From NCBI GenBank assembly GCA_050613775.1, contig JBODTK010000011.1, forward strand, positions 1,054,001 to 1,118,000: DNA of 64,000 nt. Reading direction: 5' to 3'. The first letter of the stretch is position 1; every line of letters starts with the position of its first letter. Shown piece by piece: positions 12,401 through 22,725 of this stretch. This DNA is from Neocallimastix sp. 'constans' (lineage: Eukaryota). Position numbers and translations under genes: made by a program. Under the pieces are notes generated by a model. It was given only the letters and a program-made list of their open reading frames with translations, made no database searches and was not told the DNA's origin.

Positions 12401-13473
12401 TGAACAATAATTCCTTCCGAGTATTCTTCATCTTGTGTTGCTAGTTGGATTCTTCCACGACTTTTTCCAACTGTTTCATATTCACCAGGTAATTTATCAA
12501 AATACTGCTTAGTAACGATGCTTAGGTTACTACAAGAATCAATTAAAAGTTTTCCTAGTACTCCGTCAACACTTGCATCAACCATTGCTAAGTCTTCTTC
12601 GGCTACTTCATTACTTTTACTTATGTAGCTATGATCATAGTTATTTACTAATAAAGTTCGTGCTATTACATTGTCTACAGTCCCAATTATTTTAGACTTT
12701 TCTAACTTTAAACCTTGAGTTAATTGTGAACGAATTTTCGGACATGCATTCAAGAGTTGACCTATCGTAATACTGGATTTAAGATTATTTAAATCATCCA
12801 TAATATTGTAAGGTTCTTTATTATTCATCATTTTAATATTCCTTTTTACTAACTGAGTATTTCCATTATTAGTTTCTTTAGTTTTTGTTGAAATTAATTT
12901 TTCCAAAGTATTAGTTTTATTTTGTTGATTATCTTTATTCATTTCTAGATCTTCTATTTCATTATCGATTACGAGTATATCTTCAGATTCAACTTTTTCC
13001 TTTCCTTTTGATGAATAATTGTTGTTTTCTTCTTTACTTTCTCTTACTCTTGTTATTTTTCTTAATTCCTTTTCTTTTTGTTTTTCTTTGTTAATATTTG
13101 GTTGAGTTAAAATTGAAGGAAGTATTTGATTTTTATAAACTTTATTTGGTTTATTATGTAGCTCATTTTCTTTCTTCTTTCTTAAAGCAGGAGTTGCGAA
13201 AGGACGTGGATTATCTTTTAAACTTTTATGTACTTTCTTGGAATTATTTTCTTCCTTTTCGCTGTTATTATCATTCATTTTTCTTTTTATAGCATTTATA
13301 ATGATATTATCCTCACTTTCAGTTGTGTCACTAAAATCAGATTCTTCAGATTCTTTATTAAAGGAATTATTATCAATTGGGGTATTCTTGGTAAAAGTAT
13401 TATTTTGTAAATTATTTAATGAAGCTATTGTTTTGTCATTGGGAGTGCTTCTGCTCCCATTTAGAAGTTTAAA
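9463..13473 (-). CDS. pol: Pol of element B, entered by -1 frameshift from gag
   Basis: 1271-aa ORF whose frame stays open upstream to the slippery site; PR LIDSCS, RT FIDD, RH TDAS/TDHKPL, IN HHCC and DDE, GPF motif, no chromodomain. Confidence 0.95.
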   Translation of the reverse strand, partial: FKLLNGSRSTPNDKTIASLNNLQNNTFTKNTPIDNNSFNKESEESDFSDTTESEDNIIINAIKRKMNDNNSEKEENNSKKVHKSLKDNPRPFATPALRKKKENELHNKPNKVYKNQILPSILTQPNINKEKQKEKELRKITRVRESKEENNNYSSKGKEKVESEDILVIDNEIEDLEMNKDNQQNKTNTLEKLISTKTKETNNGNTQLVKRNIKMMNNKEPYNIMDDLNNLKSSITIGQLLNACPKIRSQLTQGLKLEKSKIIGTVDNVIARTLLVNNYDHSYISKSNEVAEEDLAMVDASVDGVLGKLLIDSCSNLSIVTKQYFDKLPGEYETVGKSRGRIQLATQDEEYSEGIIVQLPVKINNYEFNADFRIIEKEDSFYDMLINFKTQIDHCLFIHPTLNSLCKLLSESEYEEIAKINNQYYDEESIICTIRKVKETNNEKEIIKELTPMEFIESDEFLSTLNKDYKEQIIKILKEMIDIVATSTEELTPSKLSPHKIRLKANAKPVKLRSYRLTKLKSDILKEELTKLIKKGLIEPSCSEWSSPVVLILKHNGKWRLCIDYRKVNDMTEKDSYSVPYIDEIFDSLGGSKIFTTLDLFSGFHQILMDEESVEVTTFTTKFGNYQFKVMPFGLTGAPSTFQREMNKILFPFIGEFVYVFIDDVLIYSKSIEEHLIHIKQVLEVFKENKLKINIEKCHFLQTEVDVLGHKLTTKGLSPMESKITAIKKWEAPSSIHELRSFLGAIGYYRDFIPKYAQITSPLCKLLKKNTKYEWNKEQQESFELLKEKLINAPILKFPSFDKPFIIRTDASYNGIGGVLLQKEEETGKEHPIHFISRSLKKTEKNYGITDLEGTALFYCMTKFKSYIEGNPLPTTIYTDHKPLVGLFKNKEPLNARQTRWCLTASMLGINIKYESGKKNVLADALSRMKSKEERKILLTKITNGNNEELLSKVIKEFINEKFTVIDGEDYFIDNGNYRKLITDENERFKLILEAHNIGHEGYYKTYQRLKKNFYWNHMIKDIKRIVSNCEKCQLNRPQPYPEPTENHPTKVEGPFVHLGLDIIGPLPKTRNNNQYIIVTVDYFTKWVEAEPTENITSSDIIKFLINVFARHGVPQVITTDNGVQFTSDMTKIFLDLYDVYVKFVATYHPESNGLTENRNKEIGKLLRLLGRKNQDWDEVLPSALWALRTTKNTATGHSSFELVYGREDQQPYDIAIRTIENAGKSYDEILMEKFVRHYQWTREACENVKNANKYWATRREEQISMKKGKELKAGDLVLVRNFSRTKLEPYYNGPFKILKIQFNTATLIDQKTGKQLDRNVHFKNLVKFNSAYREA

Positions 13474-14366
13474 GACTTTTTGGAATATATTTCTTTTTTA
13501 TTTTTTTCCATAATCTTATTTAATTGAGGGCAATAGTATGAGTAATGACCTTCTTCCTTACAGAAGAAGCAAGTTTTAACAGATAAATTTCTCATTTTCT
13601 GGGTTGATTCTTCTATAATATCTTGAGGTTTCAGTTTATTATTTGTTTGACTTGTTTGGAAAGTTTCGTTTCTTCTTTTAGGATAAAGTCTTGAAGTAGT
13701 ACTGTTTTGATTATTTTGATTATGCTGGGAATTATTAACATTATAGGTATTAATATTATTGTTCCTTACAGAAAGTCTATCTACTTTCTCGGCAATTTTG
13801 AAAGCTTTCTCCATACTTATATCATCTTTAAGGGATAATTTCTTCCAGGCTTCATAATTATTTTGAATAGAGTCAATATAATCTAGTACACCAATGCGCT
13901 TTCTTCTCTTTTTATCAAGTTTAGTGTACAAAGTTCTATATCTTACATTAAAGTCTTTAATCTTTTCGTTTCTTTTAATTCGCATTGCACGAAGTTCTTT
14001 AAGAAGTAAATTTTGGTCTTCTTTAATACCGTAAAAATTTTCAAGACTTGAAATAATTTTTTCAAGAGAAGGAAATTTATCATCATCAACATTTTCTTCT
14101 TCATCATCTTCTTCTTCATCTGATGAATCATCACTTTCATCATCACTATCTTCTCCCAAATCTTCAATAACGCGTTGTACTTCACCAGAGCTGGTAAGTA
14201 AACAAGCATTAAATATTGTTTCCGGATCTGTGATACCTTGTATCTTGATCCAAAGTTTTAATTCAGTAGCCCAGGACTTTATATCTAAATTGTCCTTGCT
14301 AAGCTTCACTATGTCTCGTAATTCTTTCTTTAATTCTTTAAAACTTAAAGTACTTTTAGTAGACAT
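13461..14366 (-). CDS. gag: Gag of element B
   Basis: 301 aa; CCHC knuckle CFFCKEEGHYSYYC; ends T TTA AAC TTC TAA. Confidence 0.92.
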   Translation of the reverse strand: MSTKSTLSFKELKKELRDIVKLSKDNLDIKSWATELKLWIKIQGITDPETIFNACLLTSSGEVQRVIEDLGEDSDDESDDSSDEEEDDEEENVDDDKFPSLEKIISSLENFYGIKEDQNLLLKELRAMRIKRNEKIKDFNVRYRTLYTKLDKKRRKRIGVLDYIDSIQNNYEAWKKLSLKDDISMEKAFKIAEKVDRLSVRNNNINTYNVNNSQHNQNNQNSTTSRLYPKRRNETFQTSQTNNKLKPQDIIEESTQKMRNLSVKTCFFCKEEGHYSYYCPQLNKIMEKNKKEIYSKKSLNF

Positions 14367-14548
14367 TTCGTTTTTAGTTAATAATTTTTTTTATTGTAAA
14401 TTAACGAGGTTATTAAATACGAATAAATTTGAAAGTCCAACTTTAAAAATATAATTTAACAAGTAATTTAATATCGAATCAAATTTTAAAACAATATATC
14501 TTAGTAATTTTTGAAAATAATAATTTTATTTGCTTTCTTTAGTAAGTA

Positions 14549-14740
14549 TAAGCTCGAAATCCTTATCGACAACTTAGTAGAAATTATAAAGCACGAGGTT
14601 CTTTTCGACTACTTTTTTAAGAATAATTTTAAGTTCGAAATCTTTATCGACAACTTAATAGAATAATTTTAAGTTCGAAATCTTTATCGACAACTTAATA
14701 GAATATTTTTCAAGCTCGAAATCTTTATCGACCACTTGAA
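14549..14740 (-). repeat. Five ~40-bp tandem hairpin repeats in the element B leader
   Basis: Units of AAG(T/C)TCGAAATCTTTATCGAC(A/C)ACTT at ~14550, 14589, 14631, 14671 and 14712. Confidence 0.85.
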
Positions 14741-14899
14741 TTTTGTAATTTAGTATATTTGTAGTAATAAATTTAGAAGCAAAGTTTTATTTATTATTTT
14801 CACCTTTCAAAAATTTTTCTTTTTAAACGATAAATATTGTATTGTTATAGCTAATAAAATTATTAATTAATTATAATTATTAAATACAAAAAAATAATC

Positions 14900-15670
14900 T
14901 TTATTGTCGTACAATCTGATAGTACACACTGTCTGACGTGCAGCTTACCTAATGGTGTCATGCCACGCGTGTGCCACGATTACTATATTCAATATAAAAT
15001 ATAGCAGTTCAGAGCCCACTAGCCCAATTACTATGTAGGATAAACTTAATCCGATAATCTATGTACGGAATAAAAAAATTTTAAAAGTATTCAATAATAT
15101 TTTTATTAACTAATAAAAATTAACTAAAAACACAATATTTTCAAAGTAAATTAAGATTCTATTACAGGAATTATATAACAAATAAAGTACCAGTAATAAA
15201 AAAAAATAAAAAAAATTTAAATGGCGAAGTTAGCCAAAGTCTGATACTTTATATAATAAAGTGCCTTATAACTAGCACAAAGAAAAGTAAAAAAAATTAT
15301 ATAAAAAAAACAATCTTACGCCTTCGGTGACGTAAGCTCCTTATTCGCCAGTGCTTGGAAAGTACCCGCACCTTCGTGTGTTGAAACGTTGAAGGTTGAA
15401 CTATTATTACCGGGTCGGTAACCAAATACCTTCGTCTACTTTCCAATTAATCTCCAAATTAACTACTATTCAATAACCTACTATGAATAGAGTTAATTTG
15501 TTGCTATCTGAGAATACACTGTGTATGAGCTCTATCCGCTCCTTGTTATAATTTTACAAAATTTGTTTTTTTAGAATCTTAATTTTACTTATTTAAAAAA
15601 AATTTTTTTTATATATATATATCAAACAAGCGCCATGGGTTAATCAAAGGATTAACGACTTACTTGTTTA
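14900..15670 (-). ncRNA. Candidate structured cis-RNA domains in the 5' leader of element B
   Basis: GC-rich islands with many complementary segments; G-U pairs mostly favour the element's sense strand. Confidence 0.55.
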
Positions 15671-15734
15671 TCAATATAAAATAAAAAAAAAATTAAAAAA
15701 AAATCTATGTTATTTACTATTATTTCTATTTAAT

Positions 15735-15752
15735 TCCCCGATATCTCCACCA
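15735..15752 (-). promoter_or_regulatory. Primer-binding site of element B, tRNA-Ala type
   Basis: Plus strand TCCCCGATATCTCCACCA matches a typical tRNA-Ala 3' end; 6 nt from the LTR. Confidence 0.8.
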
Positions 15753-15758
15753 TATAAA

Positions 15759-16057
15759 TGTTAAGGTTTTAGAGAATTAAATAAAAATAAAGTAAGGAAA
15801 CACAAATTTTATTTATTTATTTATTATTTTTATTTATAAATTTATTTGATTTTATTTGATGATATTTAAAAATTAGTAGCAAAATTTACAACTATTTATA
15901 CTTTTTTTCAAGGCATAAAAGTTGTTCTTGCCACTAAATTACATTTTATTTATTTTTTTTTTTTAAAAACTATTAAATTTAAATTGATTTTTATAATTAA
16001 TTATATAAAATTTAATTATAACAATATAAATAAAATACATTTATAATATTAATAAAA

Positions 16058-16121
<64 letters not shown>

Positions 16122-16617
16122 TTATTTATTTAAAAATATCTAAAATATTACTAATAAGAATTTATTTAATTGGCTATAATTTTTATTACAATCTGTTAAA
16201 ATATTCAAATAAAAATAAAAATACTATTCTAATATAAAGGTTTTTAATAAAATAAAATATTTTTCAATATAAAATAAAACATTTCGATATAAAATTTTAT
16301 AATAAAAAGTTAAAATATAATATATAAATTTTTAATTATCAATATATAAAAATATTATTAATATAAATTTTCATTATTAATATAAAAAAAATAAGATTTA
16401 TTATTAATATTGCTAATATAAGTTTTAAATATATAAAAATATTACTATTAATATAAGATTTAATATAAAAATATAAAGTTTAATATAATTTTTGATTTAA
16501 TTTTTGATCTTTGGATTTAAAAATTTATTAAAGTACAAAAATAATAATGTACACATAATGTATTAGAAATAAATCGTAGATTTAATTAAGAATGCATTAT
16601 TTAGTACATTCTTATCA
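15759..16617 (-). repeat. 5' LTR of element B
   Basis: Direct repeat of 8585-9444; adjacent to the PBS. Confidence 0.96.
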
Positions 16618-16633
16618 CAACAAAATGAAAATG

Positions 16634-16705
16634 GGGGTGTTAGCTCAGCGGTAGAGCAATTGACTGCAGATCAATAGGTCTTCGGTTCAAATCCGGAACG
16701 CCCCT
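16634..16705 (+). tRNA. tRNA-Cys (GCA)
   Basis: Cloverleaf: acceptor GGGGTGT/ACGCCCC, D arm GCTC/GAGC, anticodon arm ATTGA-CTGCAGA-TCAAT, T arm TTCGG-TTCAAAT-CCGGA, discriminator T; A and B boxes intact. Confidence 0.96.
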
Positions 16706-17099
16706 TGCTTTCATATGACAATGAAAAGATTTCTATGTTACAGTTTCTAATTCCTTTGAAACATATCACTATTATATAATGAGTGAAAAGACATAGTATG
16801 AGTCAATTTTTATTTTTATTTTAATTTAAATAATTTTGTTGTCAATACATTTTTCTTTTTTTTTTTTTTTTAATTATATAATTTAATTTTATAATTATTT
16901 TATGATTTATTTATTTTATGATTTATTTATTTATTTATTATTTTATTTTCTTTTTTTTTTTATAAATTTTTTCATTTTAATTTTTATTATATTTTTTCTT
17001 TTATTTATTTCTTTTTATTTATTTCCTTTTATTTATTTATTTATTTGAATAGAAATTCATATAAATATATATATATATATTATAAATAAATATATAGTC

Positions 17100-18330
17100 T
17101 ATTTCATCTTTGATATACCACAATCAGGACAAGAAATATTTTAAATATTAACTAAATTTAAATATTTATCTATATTTTCAATGTAATAATGGCTTAGTCT
17201 TTTATGCCATATTAATATACTTTCTTTATTTAGTTTGTTTACATTGAAAATATATTTTTTTAATATAATTTTTAATTTTGCAAAAATGCTTTACTGTTAT
17301 AAGAATTTCATTATTTTTATTTGCGTAAATGGTAGTAATTTTTTTATAATTTTTTTATCTAAAATTGATAATGTAGGAATATTATCTTTTGATATATCAG
17401 ATAAAGTTTTTAATTCCTATTTTAGATAATTCTGGACTGCTTATTATATTTCTTGCTATATTTTTAGAGTCATAAAACTTTTGTCAATATTATTTTATGA
17501 TCATTGATATAAAAATCAAATTAATCATAGCCTTCGAAAAATTAATTCTAATAGAGATCCATTTGCACAATTAAGGATTATTTTTTATTTTATTTTTTAT
17601 TCTTATTTTTTTTTCTTTGTAGTTTAATAATAAGTTTTCATCACTGGTTAAATGTTCTCCTATATCAGAGTCATATAACCAGGTAGATCTATCATAATGT
17701 TTATTTAATGCCACTTCATTTTTATTAATAAAACAAATATAACACACATTTTTATAATACTTTTTAATATTTTTGGTTTTTATTTAAGTATTTTATTTTT
17801 ATTTATATGTTCATTTTCATAATTGTTAAGTACATTATTAGTATTATTTTAAATATTTCTTCATTATTTTCTGGAAACATCGATTTTATTTCATGAAAAC
17901 CAACATTTGCATTATAATAACCATTAATATTAAAATTTCCTACATAATTGATTTTTCTATTTGAATATTGTTTATTGTTTTTACCATTTTTTATTCATAT
18001 ATTTGTTATATTTATTATTATTCCTATTTTGAGAAGAATGATTATCTGAATTATCATTTTTTTTAGCAATTTATTATATTTACTATTTTTATTTTTGGTA
18101 TTATACCAACAATCGGAAGTATTATGGGTTTTCATATTGCATATGTAGCAAAACTTTCCATCTTTCTCTTGTTTATGATTATTATGAAATTGTTTTTGCC
18201 TTTTCAATTTTAATATAATCAATTTCCATTGAATCATCGTATTTATTTTCGACTTTCTAACCTTTAACATTGGACCTTTTTGCTAAGTCAGCATTGATTC
18301 TGTTATAAAAAAATTCAAAAGTTTCATCAT
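17100..18330 (-). mobile_element. Decayed Ty1/copia fragment (gag knuckle, protease, pre-integrase)
   Basis: CYICNMKTHNTSDC knuckle; STWLYDSDIGEH protease-like motif (~17660-17690); LIWHKRLSH and CPDC; many stops. Confidence 0.75.
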
Positions 18331-18799
18331 CATTTTATATTTTAACAATTATAAATATTATTGTTATAACTATTATTATTACTATTATTTTTTTATTTTT
18401 ATTTTTATTTTTATTTTTATTTTTATTTTTATTTTTATTTTTATTTTTATTTTTATTTTTATTTTTATTTTTATTTTTATTTTTATTTTTATTCTAATTT
18501 TTGGTAGTATTTCACTTTTTGTTTCGATTCCTAGTTTTATTAAGTTATTATTTTGATTTTTTAAATTATCATTAAATTAATATTATTAATAATTTAATAA
18601 TTTAATTGAAAATTTTATTAAGGTTAAAATAATTTAAAAATTAAATAAAATAATCGATTACTTAATTATTAAAGATATAATTAAGTTTACAAAGTTTTTT
18701 ATATTTATTCTTAAATAAGATCTCCTCCTTTTAAGAGTTTTATTGGGGAAAGTAAAATCAGTTTTATATCTTAACTAAATTTTTAAAATGAGCATTTCT

Positions 18800-19580
18800 T
18801 CTCAATAATTCACTGGAATTAAGATCGGCACGAGTAATTGTATTAAACTGAACTTTCATAATTTCAAAAGGATCAACTTGGTAAGTCTCTAATTTAGTCC
18901 TGGAGAGGTTCCCTAATATAGACGGTGTCACCAGACTTTAGTTATTGACCTGTTTCCATTATTACGGGCGTCTTTAATCCATTAAACATGTCTAACAAAT
19001 TTCTCCATGTGAATTTCATACTTAGATTGGTTTTTTATCTTTTAATTGAGGAGAATTAATCTGTAATTCGAAAGGTTGATGATCAGTTCTGCCATAAACT
19101 AACTTATAACTTGAATACTTGGTTGTTGAATTCTTCTCTATACATAATGCCCATTGAGTGACAAGAAATATTTCATCTAAATTCTGATGTTTATTAGCCA
19201 ACTACCCGAGATATTTTCAAATTTCCTGGTTTTGATTCACAATTAATCTTTGACTCAGGATTATTGGTAGAATTGAATCTTACTTAGACATCATAAAGAT
19301 CTAAAAGTAATTTGGTAAAGTCCAATAAAGTTTGAACTCCATTATCAGTTGTAATAACTTCTGGTTATGCCATGTAAAACAAAAACATCTCTCAAAAAAT
19401 GCAGCAACATCCTACGATGTAATAGTTTGGAATGGCTCCGCTTCCATTCATTTCGTAAATTAATCAACTATGATTATTATATGTTTATCGTCTTTCTTAG
19501 CAAGGTCCTACTATATCTAGACTCATATGAGTGAAAGAGCCTTCTACTTTTGAAAGATATTGGTTTGTGGGTTCAAAGTA
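18800..19580 (-). mobile_element. Decayed gypsy integrase fragment related to element B
   Basis: Remnants LDIVGP, ITTDNGVQT and MEKFVRH, broken by stops and frameshifts. Confidence 0.75.
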
Positions 19581-19599
19581 TTTCTTAATTCAATTAATT

Positions 19600-21420
19600 C
19601 TACTTAACATAGGGTTAATTTTTATATTAATTTTGTGAATTGATAAATTATTTGTAATGATCAACTTAGTTATTTTGATTAATAAAAATTTAAATAATTT
19701 ATTAATAGTAATATTGAAATCTATATAATAATATTATTATTTAATATTTCAAAATTAACTTTTTGAAAACTAAATTTTTTAAACTAAATTTTTTGTATCT
19801 AAAATTTATTGGAAATGAAATTATTTGAAAATGAAATTTTTTAGTCCTGAAAAAAAAAAAATAATTATTAACGTCTTTGGAAACATTTATTATTATGAAA
19901 TTATTTAATATATTTATTTTATTAAATATAATCAACTTTGTTTTTAAAAATTTAAAAAAATTTATTAACAGTTAGATTGTTGCTTCTAAAATGTTACTAT
20001 TATTGAATTTTTTGAAGATGAATTTTTTTTTCGGATCCAAATTTTTAGAAACTGAAACATTTTAAGCCTTAATTTTTTTTAGAATAGAAATTTTTTTTTT
20101 TTGAAATTTTTGAACCTGAAAAAGTTTAAATAATATTAAGTTTTTCGTTAAATTTTATTATCTTGAAACTGTTTAACTTAGGATTGTTTTATATATTAAC
20201 TTTTGATTTCATAAAAATTTAAATATTTTATTAGCCTTAAGATTGTAATTTTATATATTATTATTGATTTTTTTAGACAAGAATTTTTTTGAAATGGAAA
20301 TTTTTTTGGAACTAAAAAAGTATAATTATTATTGACGTCTTAAGAAGCCTTTTTTATTTTGGAACTAAATGAAGGATTATTTTTTAGTTATTATTTTTTA
20401 AACAAAAATTTTTTAGACAAAAATCTCAGGTCCAAAAAATTTTCAGATAAAAAAAAATTCATAAATAAAAAAATTCAATAGTAATAAAATTTTATAAATT
20501 ACAATCCTACAGTTAATTAAAATAAAAATTTTTAATGACTAAGTTGAATAATTTGTGTGAAGTTTAAAATAAATATATAAATTAATTCTTAGTTAAATAG
20601 AAGTATACAAAAACTTTAATATTAATAAAGCTTTTTTAGGTCCAAAAAAATTCATTTTTAAAAAAAATTGCAGGTTTAAAAAATTTCAGATCCAAAAAAT
20701 TTTACATTCAAAAAAAACTAAGATTCTAAAAATTTTATATTCAAAAAATTTTATGTTCTTTAAATTTCAGTTCCAAAAAGTTTTCTTTTGAGTCCAAAAA
20801 ATTTTATATCTAAAAATATTAAATTATAATAATATTTTAAAAATTTCAATCTTATTATTGATCAAATTTTAAATTTTTATTAACCATGTTAACTTTTTTG
20901 ATTATTAAGTTGAATAATATATAAGTTTAAAATCAATATATTAATCAATTCTACATTAAAAATTTTCTATGTAATAAAAAGTTCCAAAAACATCAATAAT
21001 TTAACTTCAACTCCAAAAAATTTTACAACCAAAAAAATTTAAGTTCTAAAAATTTCAGTTCTAAAAAATTTTCAAATCCAATAATAATTCAAGTTCAAAA
21101 ATAATTCATGTACAAAAATAATTCATGTCCAAAAAAATTCAAATTTAAAAAAAAAAAATTATGGTTAAAAAATATATATATATAAAAATTAAAGATTTAT
21201 TGTTAATAAAATATTTAAAAATTTATTAAGTCCAAAGTTAATATATAAATCAATCCTTCGATAAATAAAAAATAAAATTTTTTTAAGCCCAAAAATTTCA
21301 ATTTAAAAAATTTCAATTCCAAAAATTTTCTGGTCTAAAAAAATTCATATCTAAAAAAAATTCAATAATCGATATTATTTGCATATATATATAAAATATT
21401 TACAGGTTCAGAAATTCATA
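19600..21420. mobile_element. Foldback-like element with degenerate inverted arms
   Basis: Left half repeats TTTT(A/G)GAnCTGAAATTTT-type motifs; right half repeats their complement, switching near 20420; ~19975-20030 is the approximate reverse complement of ~20450-20505. Ends are approximate. Confidence 0.55.
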
Positions 21421-22725
21421 TGCCAAAAAAAAAAAAAAAAAAAAAAAAAAGAAAAAGAAAAAAGGAAACTTTTAATTGAAATCTTTTTCCTCTATTATTG
21501 TGTTAATCATATTAAAAAATAATATATATATATGAAAATGAAAATGAAAATGAAAATGAAAATGAAAATGAAAATGAAAATGAAAATAAAAATAAAAATG
21601 AAAATGAAAATAAAAATAAAAATAAAAATTAAAATATTAATTTTTTTATAAATTATAATTCTCTAAAAAATATATTTTATATCTTTTTGTTTTTTCTTTA
21701 TTTGAAATTATTTAAATTTTTGTATTAATTAGGATTATAAAAAATACCTAATTTTACAATATACATTTTTATTTTTTACTTCTTTAACCTTTTTTTTTTT
21801 TTTTGCTTTTTTAATTAATTTTTTATTTATCTTTATAAATATTTTTTTTTTCTTTTTTTTTTAAGATTTTGTAAAAAATTATTACTAACACCTGAATGAA
21901 AAACTAATAATATAAATAATCACTAATATATAGAAATAAATAATTATTTTTCATTGTAAATAATACATCAATAAAATTTTTTTTTTATTTTTTTTTGAAA
22001 ATATATATATTTGCTTATATTTATATTTATGTCTTTCATTAATTTCAATATATAATAATTGAAAAGTTGAACTTTTTAAGTTCTGTCTATTATATATAAT
22101 ACCTATGAATTCCTGAAAATAAATAAAATATTATATTTTTATTTAAATAATTATAAAAATAACATTCAATATATTAAATATATATAACAGAATAAAAATT
22201 ATTTCATAAATTCATAAAAACAAAGATTCTTATAAATTTATTTAATTATATTAATAGTAAAAATAGTAACATTAAGAGAGATATACAGAAATTTTAAAAA
22301 TATATTTTAATATTTTTACAAATAAAATTAATAAATGACCATATAAAATTTTTTTAACAATGTACTATATGATAGCCAATCATTATAGAAACTTTATATT
22401 ATATTTTTCTTTTTTTTTTTTTATAAATATATTAAATCTGACTCATTTCGATAATGAAAATATGTAATATATTAAAAAATTAAAAATAATAAAAGGAAAA
22501 TAGTCCGCTTTAATATTTAAATAAAAATATAAAATTTAAGTTTTTTTTTTTTTTTAAAAAAAAAAAAAATTAAAAATAAAATTATAACAATAAAAAAAAA
22601 TAAGTTATATATTAAATATAAAAAGAAAAAGATATTATAAATAAAAAAAAAAAGAGAAAGATAATATAAATAATATAAACTAAAAGAACAAAAAAAAAAA
22701 AAAAAAAAAAGATTGATATATAGAA

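Larger units (their letters stand above)
8585..16617 (-). mobile_element. Full-length intact Ty3/gypsy LTR retrotransposon B
   Basis: Two ~860-bp TG..CA LTRs; 4-bp TSD CAAC (8581-8584 and 16618-16621); PBS; uninterrupted gag and pol. Confidence 0.97.

Noticed and set aside
14549..14740. CRISPR-like array
   Set aside because: Units are contiguous with similar short linkers, no unique spacers, no cas genes, and they sit in a eukaryotic retroelement.
15220..15360. HDV-like, hammerhead, twister or RNase P identity for the leader pseudoknot
   Set aside because: A GGCTAA resembling HDV J4/2 is present, but there is no P3/L3/P1.1; no CUGANGA/GAAA core or complete RNase P P4 was found.
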